A stretch of DNA of 64,000 nucleotides from Hydrolagus affinis (GCA_012026655.1 JAAILG010000128.1:62001-126000), one strand, 5' to 3'; shown: positions 1-12,761, numbered from the stretch's first letter. Numbers and translations: made by a program. The notes: a model not told the origin generated them from the sequence alone.

Positions 1-64
1 ACTGACCAACTAAGAATGTGACTGCTTGAACATTGTGGCAGCATTTTCATCTACAAAATCGGTT

Positions 65-180
65 CAGATAAAGAAAGACCTTCAGCCCATCTGGTTCCAT
101 CAAGCTTTTTAAAAAAAAAAAATCAAGTCCCAGTGTCCTTGCTTCAATCACCCAACTTGCAAATACTCAAAATTGTGTTC
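65..180 (-). mobile_element. CR1 LINE 3' end fragment (degenerate)
   Basis: Resembles the minus-strand CR1 3' ends at ~24135-24245 and ~11990-12090 (aagaaagaccttcagcccatctggttccatc...ccttgcttcaatcacc). Confidence 0.4.
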
Positions 181-1139
181 CATTACAATCGCGTTCATTG
201 AAAAATAAATATGCTGAATGCGGATTATTGGGGAGAGTAATATGTAGGGGTGGCAAGAGAGACGCAGCTGGTCCTAAAGTTTGATAAATGCTGTACAATC
301 TTCCAGCTCTGTAGTATTACCAGCATCAACCATTTGTTTTCTAACATTATTGAAGAGCCACTCGGGTAACAAGCCCTTCGGAAGTAAAGTACACCGTCTT
401 TAATGTTCCTGAGGTTGTTCTTAAGATGAATTGCTGCCAAAATGACTGTGCATTTGTTGCCAAAAAACAGTATAATCAGAGCATTATAGTCTTTTCAGCT
501 GAATTGATCAACATTGCCAAAGTCTACTGAGGTTTAAAGGTAAAGCAGAATTCATCAACATCCCAATGTTACACACTCACCACCTTGACCCAAGGGTACT
601 CCCGTTCCAACACAATCTCATTCTGGACAGTGCTATGTGTTTCATTCATTGATTCACCATTCTCTGTTTGAAGCAATTATGTCTAAATTATCCATTCAGC
701 TTCCCACGCCTTGACACGGTGCCACTTTGCTATACAGTTTTTGTTTCCAGAGATGTTGTTTCAGTTCAGTTTATCTAGCCCCCTTAAAGATTTTGAAGCC
801 TCCAATCGGACTAATTAATTTTAAAAAGTTGAACATTACAGCTCCACTGAGTGATGATACATTGGTTCGGAAACAGCAAATTCAGCCCAACTATTCCATG
901 CCAATGTTTGCACACAACAGAAGCACCTATTCGCTTCTTATTCCCATCACATACAAGCCCTTTATTCCTTTCCTCTGCATCAAGTTTTTTCTTAAAAAAA
1001 GTTCTTGAATTCATCATTGTTATACAATCTAACCAAAATATATGTTGGTTGAAAAAGTTTATTTCAAACTATTCCACCCTGAGTACAAATGAAATTGAGC
1101 ACCAAGCAGTCGCCTGAGCAAAATCTGATAAAAATCCCT

Positions 1140-1320
1140 TAAAAAAATAATAAATTAGTAATTTCAATCAACGACTGTTTGTGGGACACTGCTGTATGCA
1201 ATTAGCTGTCGTGTTTCGCCCACAAATATATAGTCAATTCACTTCACAGTATATTCTGTGAAGCGCTTTGAGACATCCAGAAGACGTGAAAAGTGCTATA
1301 TCAAATGCAAGAATCGTTAA
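1140..1320 (+). mobile_element. SINE family A, 3' half (Deu-like segment + L2-type tail)
   Basis: ctgtttgtgggacactgctgt...cagtcaattcacttcacagtatattctgtgaagcgctttgagac...gctatatcaaatgcaag, near-identical to many copies in the window (22950-23115, 63265-63432). Confidence 0.9.
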
Positions 1321-1774
1321 TATATTAGAAAATCCTTGGCTGAAACAATGGCATAGCTGAAAAGTAGACAAGTACACAAAGACAGCAGTAAAAACACCAG
1401 CAAGAGCTCACTGGGGAAACATTTCGAGAGCAACAATCGCATGTAAACATTGCCTTTCACACAAAGGGAACATCTGATTGGCAGGAACATTGAGCCTAAC
1501 TGCATTTAGTCTTGACTGAAAGGCAAATCAAACTTTACACAGAGATTTTTTTTAAATGGAAATCTTAAATGTAGGATTGCTATGATACCATGACACTACT
1601 TGAAGAGAATAAGAGAATATAACTGAAGAAATGCTGGACGAAGAAAGATCAAGTTCCACCTAGTTCACCTTCCGTGCGGTTGGATACACATATGTCCTGA
1701 ACTATCTATGAAATATATCCCATAATATATCCCATAATGTTAATAATTAGATAGTAATTATCTAATCTGCACAG

Positions 1775-1880
1775 TTATGGGGAGAGGGCTGGGCAGTGGG
1801 ATTGAGTTGCTCTTTTCAAAGAGCCGGCACAGATTCGATGGGCCGAATGGCCTCCTTTTGTGTCGTAAGATTCTATGATA
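1775..1880 (+). mobile_element. CR1 LINE 3' UTR/tail, lying within an older antisense CR1 remnant (~1615-1990)
   Basis: ggggagagggctgggcagtgggattga...ttcaaagagccggcacag...atgggccgaatggcctccttttgtg...attctatga; near-identical copies at 56730-56850 and 35400-35540. Confidence 0.85.
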
Positions 1881-2029
1881 ATCTTTATTTAAAAGAATCA
1901 ACATTTCCTGCTTCAACAGTCTAGGGAGTCTGTTCCATAGATTCACTGTTTGCTCACTAGAATAGGAAAAAGGAATTTGGGCTGCAATCTTCCCCCCATC
2001 CTGCCCCAAATAAAACTGCCTCTCGCGTT

Positions 2030-2170
2030 ATATCTGTTTATGGGACACTGCTGTTTCCACATTGACTGCTGTCTTCACCTACAAATACACTCACTTCACA
2101 GTAAAATCCTGCAAAGCGCTTCAAGAGGATGTGATAAACCGTTATATCAAATGCAAAGATTAATCTATTT
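2030..2170 (+). mobile_element. SINE 3' half, diverged
   Basis: ctgtttatgggacactgctgt...aaagcgcttc...tatatcaaatgcaa. Confidence 0.75.
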
Positions 2171-2814
2171 ACTCGTCCCCTCATTGGTCCCTTTAACCTT
2201 CAACGCACACAGGAATCCACCTACACAGATTGTTACCAAAATTTTACTGGTTGATAAATTGTCAACCGACAGATTATGTTGCCACCTTTTTAGTTTAAAT
2301 TTAGTGACCTGTACTAAAACATTGGATTTAAAGTGTCAATGGTTCAGCAATCATTGCAAGTGTGAATGCCCCATTTTCTCTATCCATTCACACCTCATTG
2401 TATGACAGAAGTATTCCATTAGTGGGTCATTAATTGATCATTAATGTCCCATTCATACATCATTACCACTCTGAGTCTGCAGTAAGTCACATTATCAGCA
2501 TTATTCAATAGCTTCAGCATTACAGGCCTAATAAATCTGCTCCTGCTAAAATGAATAACCTTTCTGCCATGAATTACATTAATTTAACAGCAATATTCAA
2601 TTAACTCATATTAAAAAAAATGTGTCTTCTCCTGTACCGCAAAGTAAAAGTGTCTCAGCAGAAATGAGCTCATCTATGTTCCTGGCCAGTAGGATTGTAT
2701 ATGTAATACTGATGCCTGCCATAGGAATATTAAGAGAGCATTCATCCCTTTGAACCTGTCTACAAAATCGCGATTGATCTTTAAATGCAATTTCATGGAC
2801 TTTTTCTCCATACC

Positions 2815-3090
2815 GCTTAATAATAATAAACTTTGACCTCATCACATTGACAAAGGCATCCGAAAGCACCTCAGGAAATGATTTTACTGCCTTTTTTTAT
2901 TTTGCCTTTTGATTTTATTGTGAAACTTATTTTTGGAGGGTGAATGCAGCAGCCAATTTACGCACAGCAATGTGCCACAAATAATTTGTAATTGATTGAG
3001 CAATTTTAATTGGTGGATTGTCGGCCAGGACACGGGTAGAAGCTCTCTTCACTTTTCTGATAGTTCCACCGGATGTTTGAAATCCGACAG
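2815..3090 (-). mobile_element. tRNA-Deu SINE (family B) fragment
   Basis: gcagccaatttacgcacagcaatgtgccacaaat...ttgtcggccaggacacggg is the reverse complement of the Deu-domain motifs seen in the full copy at 17357-17757. Confidence 0.75.
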
Positions 3091-3656
3091 GAAAATGATT
3101 TGCAGTGTGTCAGGCTGGCATCCATCCCATACGTTTCTAGTGATTAGACTGGATGTATACAGCCATCCTTATTAGGCAGGTCATCATTACAAAGTTGAAA
3201 TGACTGCATCTGTGTGAAAGTGATTCCTGCCTCATTACTCGCCGTTCCCAGTCACTGTCAATTGATGGCTGTGGACATTGCCAAAGCAACCGCTACCTGA
3301 GCAAACTAAATCCTCGCCAGGAGCAGAGGAATGGGAGTTTCCCAATCGTATCCCCATCCTCTCACTTTGTGCTTGGGTTAATATGCATAATGTTATTATA
3401 GCACGAGGAAACGGTGAATTCATCCACACCAGTATATCTCATCCAACTCCAATAAATAGCCTTGAGTGAGTCAGTGCATATGCAACACATATGTTTGTTT
3501 TACAGTCTTATCAAACAGTTACATTTGATATAGGGCTCCTACACTTAGTAAGGGCGTCTCAAAGCACTTCAACAGATTTGCGGTAAGGTGTAGGGATTGT
3601 TTATTTTGTAGAACACAGTAACCAATATTTGCAACAAAAAAAACCGCAGAGGAACA

Positions 3657-3720
3657 CTAATAACAACAAAATTATATTTGTACAGTGCCTTCCATGTCAG
3701 GAGGATGTCCCAAGATGCTG
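3657..3720 (-). mobile_element. Tail-only L2 insertion (~64 bp)
   Basis: aacaacaaaattatatttgtacagtgccttccatgtcaggaggatgtcccaagatgctg matches the terminus of the longer L2 at 39518-39780. Confidence 0.8.
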
Positions 3721-4329
3721 TTAATTAGATTGAAACTAAGGAGTTTCAATCTAATTAATATCTCTACCGGTTCTATTTGTGTTTTCAATAGTGAGGGACT
3801 GAAGTAAGATTTAATACTTTCTACTGTCAGTACAAAGCACCCTAGGGTAATCATAGCCCAGATAATGCACAACAAATGGACTTTATGAAACTGTGAGTTG
3901 AGTTTGGCAGCTCAATATTGTAAAATAAAATGCAGTAAATAAAACGATAGAGGGATTATTGTGCTAAGCTTATAGATAACAATATTATTTTAAACTGTTT
4001 TATTTTCCCCAAAATATTGCTCTCTTTTATCATTGGAATCTTTCCTCTGAGCCAGTTACAAAGCTCTCCATTATTGAATGACCTTTTGCGGATTGCATGA
4101 TGGAAATCATTTTGGTGAAGTATATCTCGTAGACGAACTGCTCAGAACTGTCTCATGAAAAGCTAGGGGACTGTGGTGGAAAACGAGGTTCAATATGCAA
4201 TATTTCTCAACTGTATTATTTCTTAAGGAATCCACGTCCCCCAAATGAAGATGCCTTCTGATAACTGCAACTTGCACATGACCACAGGAATTCTAATCAG
4301 GTTCCTTAAGGAAAACCATTGAACAAAAT

Positions 4330-4422
4330 AATGGCTATGGGGCAAGAGTGGGACTAGTTGGATAGTTCTTTCAAAGAGCCAGCACAATCCTCCTTCTGTA
4401 CTGTAAGATTCTACAATTCTAT
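4330..4422 (+). mobile_element. CR1 LINE 3' tail
   Basis: ggctatggggcaagagtgggactagttggatagttctttcaaagagccagcac...cctccttctgtactgtaagattcta; matches 35440-35540. Confidence 0.8.
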
Positions 4423-4587
4423 AACTACTCTCTCTATCTCTTGTACCTTTCAATCTACTTCTTCACCAAATAGCCAAATATCTCACTCTTGAATTTGCGG
4501 ACACTGTTTGACTCCTTGGGTGGAGTTATCTATGGAGACAGGAAGGTCGCTGTACTTACAGAAATATCGTTCTTTGGATGAGACATT

Positions 4588-4658
4588 AAAACAACAACAA
4601 ACAACAAAATTGCACTTATATAGCGCTTTTCACATCGGGAGGACATCCCAAAGCACTG
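4588..4658 (-). mobile_element. Tail-only L2 insertion
   Basis: (aac)n-aaaattgcacttatatagcgcttttcacatcgggaggacatcccaaagcactg. Confidence 0.85.
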
Positions 4659-4869
4659 GCCATCTCTGCCTATTCGGGTGGGAGTTAGAGATCTCAGATC
4701 TTTACATATTCACTACTCTCTGTGCAAAGTAATCAAATGTGAACTATCTACCGGTAGTCCTTATTGTGAGCGTGAGTCAGTGTCTGATTGTTGAAGAGTT
4801 TATGATCATTTTAAAATATAATGTTAAGAGTTCAGTTTAATCCTTCTGGATTTTGAATACATATAAAAT

Positions 4870-5035
4870 CTCATCTGAGCCCATTCTTCTCCAGTGTGCA
4901 CACTCCCAACTTCTATACCACTCCTCATAATTCAAATTCAGCCTAATTCCAGCTATCAATCTAGTTACCCTTCGCTGTAACCTGCCCAATGACGAGATGT
5001 CCTCATTATATTATGGCCTCAGAACTTAACACAAA
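4870..5035 (-). mobile_element. CR1 ORF2 C-terminal fragment (degenerate)
   Basis: The reverse complement resembles the CR1 'W.P...D...L..VQRR.TR.I..L...YEE....LG...LE' region; compare the plus-strand copy at 57545-57776. Confidence 0.55.
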
Positions 5036-5049
5036 AGTTAACCCAGAAC

Positions 5050-5750
5050 GTAACTCAGCTTACCTCAGGTTGTTTAAACCATCACATCTTGTATCAGAGG
5101 GTGCGGACTCAAACTCCACATCAGGAGTTTGAGCTCATAAACTATGCTAACAGTCTGGTTGCTGGGAGAGTGCTGCATTAACTAAAGTGTCATCCTTCGG
5201 ATGAGTTGTTAAACCGAGGCATCATCCCCTTATTCAGGTAGCCAAAAGATTTCATGGCACTACGTGAAAAGGAAAGGTAGTTTCTCCCGGTTTCCTGGCC
5301 AACAATCAGACAATAAAACCTGGTGAATAAAAGTGGTCATTCATTTCATGGCGACGTTTCAATGTTTGCACAAATTGACTGTGAATGTGAGCCAGATTAT
5401 GAGAAGATTGCAGGTTCAAGCACCTCGTTGGAACCTGTCCAGAAATGACACTTTGAGAGGTGTCAGGGGTGACCTCCGCTGTGTAAGATTTGAACTGAGG
5501 ATCCACCTGCCTTTGGTTAGTACAAGATTCAAGATTCAAAGAGTTTTGGCCAACAATCAGAAAAAAAAATAACATCAGTCATTCACTTCACGACTGTTGG
5601 TGGAATCCTGCTGTGTGCAAATTGGCTGCCACATTCACCTACAAAATACACAGTGACATACTGTACTTTACAGTGCATCCTGTGAAAGACTTTGAGACGT
5701 CCTCCTGGCCAGAAAGACGCTTTATAAAATATGCTGATAATTATTACTGA
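5050..5750 (+). mobile_element. Two tandem/nested tRNA-Deu SINEs (family B)
   Basis: First copy ~5050-5390 (tcggatgagttgttaaaccgagg...ttctcccggtttcctggccaac); second ~5395-5750 ends in the L2-type tail; tggccaacaatcaga occurs in both. Confidence 0.8.
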
Positions 5751-6519
5751 TTAGTTTTCCACTACAGGTGTTAATGGAATATAGAAAGGCACTATTTGGG
5801 AATTGTTTTAAAAACAACTATGGCTTATTGGGTAAAGCACATCAGAGTTTCAGAGAAAAGGCATTGGTCCAGATTTAGACTTTCCATTAGTTTTATTGAT
5901 TTGTTGGTCGCCCACTGCTTTGTGTGATCTAGATTTAATAAGCAGATGCTATATGACCTGTGTGATGAGTTAAAAATGGATCGCAACACCAGCTATGCCC
6001 TGGCATTGCTGCTGAAGGTGATTGCTGTTCTAACCTTCTACACGACAGAGAAACAGACATTCAGCAACGACCAAAGTCACTGCTGAAGTTACTGCTGTTA
6101 GGCTAAGGAAAATATCTACTCATCATCAATGCAATTACAGCTGTGTTAAGGAAGCATTTTAACTAACTCCTTCTCACTGTCCCATTGTCTTTAGTGCTAT
6201 TGATTGTGCTCATGCATCTCTCTTGGCAACCGCCAAGAACTAACACATTCCCTGTAAAGGCAAAGGCTTCCCTTCTATTAATGTACAATAATTATTATTG
6301 TTAATTACAGCCATTTGCAACAATAATGCAGGTATCTCCCGTGACCTTTAAATCCTTGTTAATTCTGGCCTTGGCAGGAGGATTTTGTAGGTAGGATTGA
6401 TTGGTAGATGACGGCTGAACATTGAGCTAAAGATCTCTGTAGAGGTGTTCTGTGCCAATCTGATATATTATTAATAATACTTGTATTGGTTAAGGAGATT
6501 TTACTGTTCAATGGCTGTG

Positions 6520-6795
6520 TATTTCGAAGGCGAACAAGGCAGCCAATTTGCACACAGCAAAAATCCCACAAATAGCCATGAAGGGAATGACCAATCTTAT
6601 TGGTGGGTGGTGGGAGGGGGTGGATGGGGGGGAAACTGTTTACTTTTTAAACAGTGTCATGTCCACCTCAACAAGCAGATAAGACCTCCGTTTAATAACT
6701 CATCCTGTATTGAAGTATTGACCTAGACCGTGAGTTCAGTGCCTCGATATTGGGCTTGAATACACATCCACGAATGAGAGCACCACCAATTAGCA
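6520..6795 (-). mobile_element. tRNA-Deu SINE (family B), diverged
   Basis: ggcagccaatttgcacacagcaaaaatcccacaaatagcc...gtccacct...gtttaa...ctcatcc...gagagcaccacca. Confidence 0.75.
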
Positions 6796-7394
6796 CAATT
6801 ATTTTACTTCAGCTGAAATATTTATCAATTAATGTTTTATTCATTAATATATTCAGACTATATTTGCTGGACACCAAACTAAATAGTCTATATTCCTGGC
6901 CCGTAAACACTTCAAAAACAAATCTCTTTGCACCTGTTATAATTAAGCGGCATTTATTAAAGCGCTGCAATGCCATAGTCAAAGCGATTAATTTCTTATG
7001 AGAGAAAAAAAAGATAACTGTGTTATGTATAAAATAATGAGTACTTAGGAGTTGATTACAAAATTCTAATTGAATTAACGTTTCAAATGATATCTGAAGT
7101 CATGAGAACAAAGTTCAAGCAATTTACAAATATTCCCTTTCCAATTTTATATTCCACGTTTTGAGTTAGGATTCACACCACATTATTTATCTCTATTAAT
7201 TGCACTTTTTTTTATCTTTCTATATTTTGCAGCTGTAAGTAAAGCAATTCTGGTTTGCACTGTGTTACAGAGGGTTCCATCATGTGGTGCTGTGATGTTC
7301 CTAAGTGACCCTTAAACTTTTTTTTAAATGCAGAGCACAAGCTGCAGGGAGGATGCTGTGCAACCCCCAATGATGGGTGAAAGCACCATCTGAC

Positions 7395-7690
7395 TCAGTC
7401 ATTCAGATAGAGGAGCAGATTGCTCGCTTCACTCCCGGTCAGTGCGGAGTTAGCTGATCGCAGCTGGTCCCCGGTGGCCCTGGGAGCGAGATGGAAAAGA
7501 TCTGCTTTGGTTCCCGCTTCCGGTCGTTTATCCAGTGATCCCCTCCTAGAAAGAAGCCAGATGTGGATGCTGGACAAGCAAATGATCAGGCTTCAATGAG
7601 ATTTCGCCCCCACTGTCACTTGGGCTAATCACCGGAGTGCTGAAGGCACTCACCACCGCCCTCACAGCGAGAAATCAGTGGCTTCGGGAG
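7395..7690 (+). mobile_element. Ancient GC-rich SINE-like element, distinct from families A and B
   Basis: cccggtcagtgcggagttagctgatcgcagctgg...ggttcccgcttccggtcgtttatccagtgatcccct...gtggatg resembles an old vertebrate SINE body recalled from memory (AmnSINE2-like); single copy in this window. Confidence 0.45.
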
Positions 7691-7709
7691 ACCCACAAAA
7701 TATGCAGGC

Positions 7710-7822
7710 TTCACCCACAAAATTTAGTCAATTCTCTTCACAGTATATTCTGTGAGGTGCTTTGAGACATCTCAAAAACATGATAAAGCGCGATATCAAA
7801 TGCAACGATTAGTATTATTACT
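7710..7822 (+). mobile_element. SINE family A tail
   Basis: cccacaaaatttagtcaattctcttcacagtatattctgtgagg...atatcaaatgcaacgattagtattatt. Confidence 0.85.
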
Positions 7823-8214
7823 AAACAGCAGTTTAGCAAGAGTGATCGCATGGGGAATTCTAGGTACAATATTTATGCCACTATATTGATGTGCTAAACT
7901 TTTGTTTTCCACAATGTGTGATAACAAATTGTCAAACATTCCATCTGTTTTATGCTTGATCACACAACACGCATTAGCATAGTTAGGAATTTGTCCTTTT
8001 AATGAGGAAAGTCTTGGCAGCATAATACGCAGGATGAAGAATGCCCATCATCCTATTTTATCTCATCCATCCTTGTTTCAGATGTTGTTTGTGATGTTTA
8101 AGACCTTCTTTTAAAAGTGTGCGTGCTGGAAGCTTTCATAGATCTACATTGCCTTGTGTACACTTTGTATTTTGACCGGTTTGAGGAACTGACACATTGC
8201 TTCTATGCTAAGGG

Positions 8215-8245
<31 letters not shown>

Positions 8246-8249
8246 TCTC
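8215..8249. repeat. (CT)n microsatellite
   Basis: Direct inspection. Confidence 0.95.
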
Positions 8250-9284
8250 AGATGAAGGAAAAGCTAGGGTCATCTCTCTGAGATCTGAGACACACTAATG
8301 TGCACTGCCTGCCTTGACATTTGGAGTAAAACCTGAAACATTCCACAGTGAAAATTCTGCTCCAGTTGCAGTCCACAACAGACATGAAACACCAGTGGAA
8401 TGTAGGCCATCTCACTGCCAGGTATTGGAGATACTTGTTGCGTTATTATTCTTACAGGCAGTTAACAGGAGCAAAATGACTCGCCTCCCCACCCCCCAAC
8501 CACCCCCCCAACAATGTAAGGTCAAACTAAATACCATGACTGCCCACAGCCATTCCACTCTAATGGAGAGTCCAAGGTTCAGCAAAAACCTCTGGGGGAA
8601 AAGAAAATTCACGATGATACCTTTTATAGAGATTCATATTGAGAGTGCCTGGCAGGGCACATTAGTGTAATTCGTGAATCGTGCATTATGCCAATAAATA
8701 GGAATCATATAATTTCACCTAATTTATCCAAAGGGTCTCCTAAGTTTCAGTTCCTTAAAATGTTTACAATAGATCTCGCCCACGCTCACTCCGCCCCCAC
8801 CCACACACACATTTTTTGAATCTGTATTTTCTTGTTGGAGCTCAGTGAGTTTTATGAATCCTGGAGCCAGTGGAAGCTGCACGTGGGCAATGATTTACCT
8901 CACATGGTGAGATGTCGTCTGTCGTTCATTAGATCTTGCAATACCTTCTGAATTCCATTGCCAGATTCACTATGATTAGAGCCACCGGTGTTCACATTCT
9001 AATCTCATCTGACCCTTTTTTTCTTATTGATAGTTGAGGTGTCACTATTCAGCAAAGATCATGCTTTCTGTGCCTTTTTCTACTATCGATCTGAACTGCT
9101 TTCCTCCTTAATATTCCCAGAGTTTTGTTTTATTCACCAGAGATCATAGGATTTTTAAAAACAGTCTAACTATGTATCAAGCAGAAACTCCACTGAATTC
9201 TGATGGATTTCTGGCAAAACATGGTGAGAATTATGCTTATTTGTGTACTTTGTATGTTACCTTAAAATATTATGTTAACCAAAT

Positions 9285-9468
9285 CCATGACTGTTTGTGA
9301 GACTACTTGTGCACAATTGACTGCCACATTTTGCTGAGAAAATACAATCAGTTCACTCTACAGTATAGTCTGTGAAGCGCTTTACAAAGTAGCAAAGACG
9401 TGATAAGGCACTATATCAAATGCAAGGGTCATTATTATTCTTAGTATTATTATTATTATTATTATTAT
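9285..9468 (+). mobile_element. SINE family A 3' half with expanded (ATT)n tail
   Basis: atccatgactgtttgtg...tgtgaagcgcttt...ataaggcactatatcaaatgcaagg-(att)n. Confidence 0.9.
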
Positions 9469-11347
9469 GTCACATCTATTATTGTATTTTCAGCTAAGGA
9501 TTACTACCATCAAATACTAGAAGTGCCAACCGAGCAACACAAAGAAGCAAAGAATGTCACGTGAGCAGGAACCATTCCTCAAATATTTATGCATGGGAAA
9601 ATGCTGGGAAGAAAGTTCATTATCCAACAAACCCAGAGGCATTAGTGCATTAGTGCCTTTCATTTGCAAAGGACTGTAAAAAGCAGACAACACATTAATA
9701 CTAGTTTCATGGCTCAATGTGACGAGCAAATGTTGCGAGGTTCAAACCGAGTGCAGAAACAAGTAATCTTGGAGATAGTTTCAAAAGGAGTATTGTGCTT
9801 TGTTGAAATTGGAACTTCGGTCTCAAAATAATTTCCACTAAAATCCAGATGGTTTGAAATGAACTCCCCCCGATATATCAACAGGCTCGGACTCCACAGA
9901 TCATGAAGGAAGTCGAATCGACTCTAAGCTGGAGTCACGGGCAAGTGAGTGCTCCTGATAAATGTCAATCACCTGCCCTTCCAGCTTAACCGCTCCAAAA
10001 CAGAGGGCCAATCTAGAGCAGGCGATGCTGTAATTCACGAGGGCATGGCGTGCCCTATTACGCTGGAACACACTCCACCAGCCTGTACACAGGCCCTAGA
10101 GGGAGCAGGGAAGGAGAGCCTATGTTCAGCGCAATTTGGGAAAATAATGGGTTTTGTAGTTTCTAGCCAACTCATTTAATCATAGGCCAGAATGAAGCCA
10201 TCAGCAAAATAATTCAGAACAAATAGAGACCCCCTTAATTCCAGTGAGCTATTCCCCAACATAGCCCACGACTATAATACAACAATGGAGGCTTCAATCT
10301 TCTACCGCAGTTAAACTTGCAAACGGATGGGATAATCCTCACTGGACTAGCACACCAGCTAAAGCTTTCAATGGAAACTTCAGCAATTAATTCCAACGCA
10401 CAGTGTTCCAGATGCAGGGATGTTTCTGTGTGTAGATGGCATATGTTTGGAGAATTTTCTGATTGGGTTGGAAAACTCTTAAGCATGGTGATGGGTTTGT
10501 GTAAAAAAAATGCCTCCTACTGTGCAAGGTGGTCAGAGGCAGCAGATATTTGCTATTAATAGTAAGGACATATTGTGGCCAATCATTTTATCTGGACCCA
10601 GGGGAAGCAGTCCCCCAGTGTTGTCTCCATCCGACGGAAACATTGCTGGCTTACCGCTAATTAGCAGGGATAACTTTGTTAGGGCCTCGCAAGATTACAA
10701 CTGTCTTTTCCCTGAAAGGAGGAGACGTATTTAGTATTCATCTGGTTATTAACAAAAAAAAAGGTTAGGTCTCAATTAAAAAACTTTGCAGACGGGCAGA
10801 GAGAAAGAACACTGGGACAACAATTTGAAATGATACGCTATTTATCTTCATTGACCTGATAATGGTTTAACAGCCCAGTAGGTGCAGGGATTTTTTTTAT
10901 TGCAAACCGGCATCAGGTTTGACCTTAGGAAGGAGTTGGGGGGCAGGGGGGAAGACACAAATATCAGCAGCATCATTCAGGCTCATTTTCTATTCTGCTC
11001 TGTGCCTGAAGCTAAACCACAGGCCTGCCCGGAGACACTCCATCGGGGCTGCAAGTGTAAAATTAGATTCCAAAGAAAACAGCCCATCTTAATGGAGTTT
11101 TTTTTTTTTTTAGTTGCTTTAATTTTGAGAAGCTTTCACAGGGCTGCGCTTCCCCCGCAACCCAGTTTTTCTGCTGGGAAGGAGAAATGCACTTCCCAAT
11201 CAGGTTTCGTCAAGGGCATCTGTTGAACAGTCTATTCATTCTAATGTCGTAAAAAACACCACAACGGGGCGGATAATATTTCCTCCTCTTATAAAGTTAG
11301 TGAAAAATAAACAATGAATAAAAACATGAACTGTGCCAAAGACTCCA

Positions 11348-11540
11348 CAACAAAATACAACAAAATTACATTTATAGAGCGCCTTTCAGGTCGGGAGGAC
11401 GTCCCAAGGCGCTGGTTAATAATAATGATAACAATCCTTGAATTTGATATAGTGCTTCTCATGCCTTCAAGAGTCTCAAAGTGCTTCACAGAATATACTG
11501 TAAAGTGAATTGACTGTATATTTGTGGGCGAAACTGCAGT
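11348..11540 (-). mobile_element. SINE family A tail (11417-11540) with a tail-only L2 (11348-11414) abutting its (ATT)n end
   Basis: Both motifs are read directly and lie on the same strand. Confidence 0.85.
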
Positions 11541-11989
11541 AGACTTGATCATTGACTGGATTAATTTCCCTGGATTTATAGAAGGTATGGTCAGTGAGTG
11601 ATATCAGTCTCCATGGGGTGAATTGGACCCAATTGTAAGCTATGGGGATTTGTAGGTGTTACGCAACGGTGCTCCCTAGACTGTAAATCAACTGATGGCT
11701 TTGTGTAAAAACGCTTTTGGTGGAATTTACAACATTTTACTTTTTGAAGCGAAAGGTGAAAACAAGCAAACAACAGCTCTGCAATTGTGCAGTCTTGATG
11801 GTGTCGAGGGTGAAGCTACAGTTTACAGTGCTCTGGGACACTTGCTTACTTGAGGGGCACAAAATAAATGCAAGTCATTGTTGTTACAGATCAAGAACTC
11901 ATTGGTTCAAAGCCCAGGTTTTGCTGAGTTTGCAGGTCTCGCCCAAGAGAGTTTGAATGAAAAAGTTCATGTGTTCCATTTCACCTCCT

Positions 11990-12320
11990 TCTACCAGAAT
12001 ACCCATTTTATCATCTTCCCATCACAGCATCAAGAAGAATCCAGGATCCTTCCTGTACTCCAACCTTCCTGACAGCCTGCTCCAGTTATTACATTAATTA
12101 CCCACTGGGTAATTAAATACTTCCCGGTGTCTGTCCTGAAATTGCCCTGTGCTGCTCTGAACCTGCATCCTGTTTAATTGTCTCGATGCACCCGAAAGGC
12201 ATTGCATTGGCTTTACTTTTTTTTAAAATCCCATTTAAAATGTTTGCATTTCCATGAGGTCCCCTCTAGAGACTGTCTGCTTCCAAGCCTGAAGAGCCTT
12301 AGCTTGTCTAATCTTTCACA
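11990..12320 (-). mobile_element. CR1 LINE ORF2 C-terminus and 3' UTR fragment
   Basis: ORF 12213-12398(-) 'ERLDKLRLFRLGSRQSLEG' resembles CR1 'ERL..LGLFSLE.RRLRGD'; downstream sequence matches the CR1 pieces at 24300-24400 and 43070-43230. Confidence 0.75.
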
Positions 12321-12719
12321 TATAAATGATAAAGGAGAATCTTGCAAGGTGAAGCTGGCAGGTTGTACAATAACAGTGGTGTTATACTCCAGCTCCAATA
12401 CGCAAGGCAGATGTGGGAACGGACATGCTGCCCAGGTGGATTTAGTGTCAGGATTATCATTTCAAACTTATTCCAGGCCGCTTGTGGTGCGAGCACACCA
12501 AGTTCATTTCAGAACAACAGAAGGTCACTTGAATAGGATCTCAACCGATGGAAGAAAACACTGATTTGCGAGTCATTGAAACAGAATTAAGAGAGAAAAC
12601 TGGGAGAGTTTAATTTTATTTCAAAGAGAATTCAACATTTTATAAAGTTTATGATGTCAAAAGAAGCAGATAGATTTTGACTTTTGGCATAAATTCAAAT
12701 ACACTCTGATCTATTGCAT

Positions 12720-12720
12720 T

Positions 12721-12761
<41 letters not shown>
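12720..12761. repeat. Compound (TG)n(AG)n microsatellite
   Basis: Direct inspection. Confidence 0.95.

Noticed and set aside
9849-9944. Possible plus-strand coding exon (WFEMNSPDISTGSDSTDHEGSRIDSKLESRA, donor gtgagt)
   Set aside because: Acceptor lacks a pyrimidine tract, the peptide is unrecognised, and no partner exons were found.
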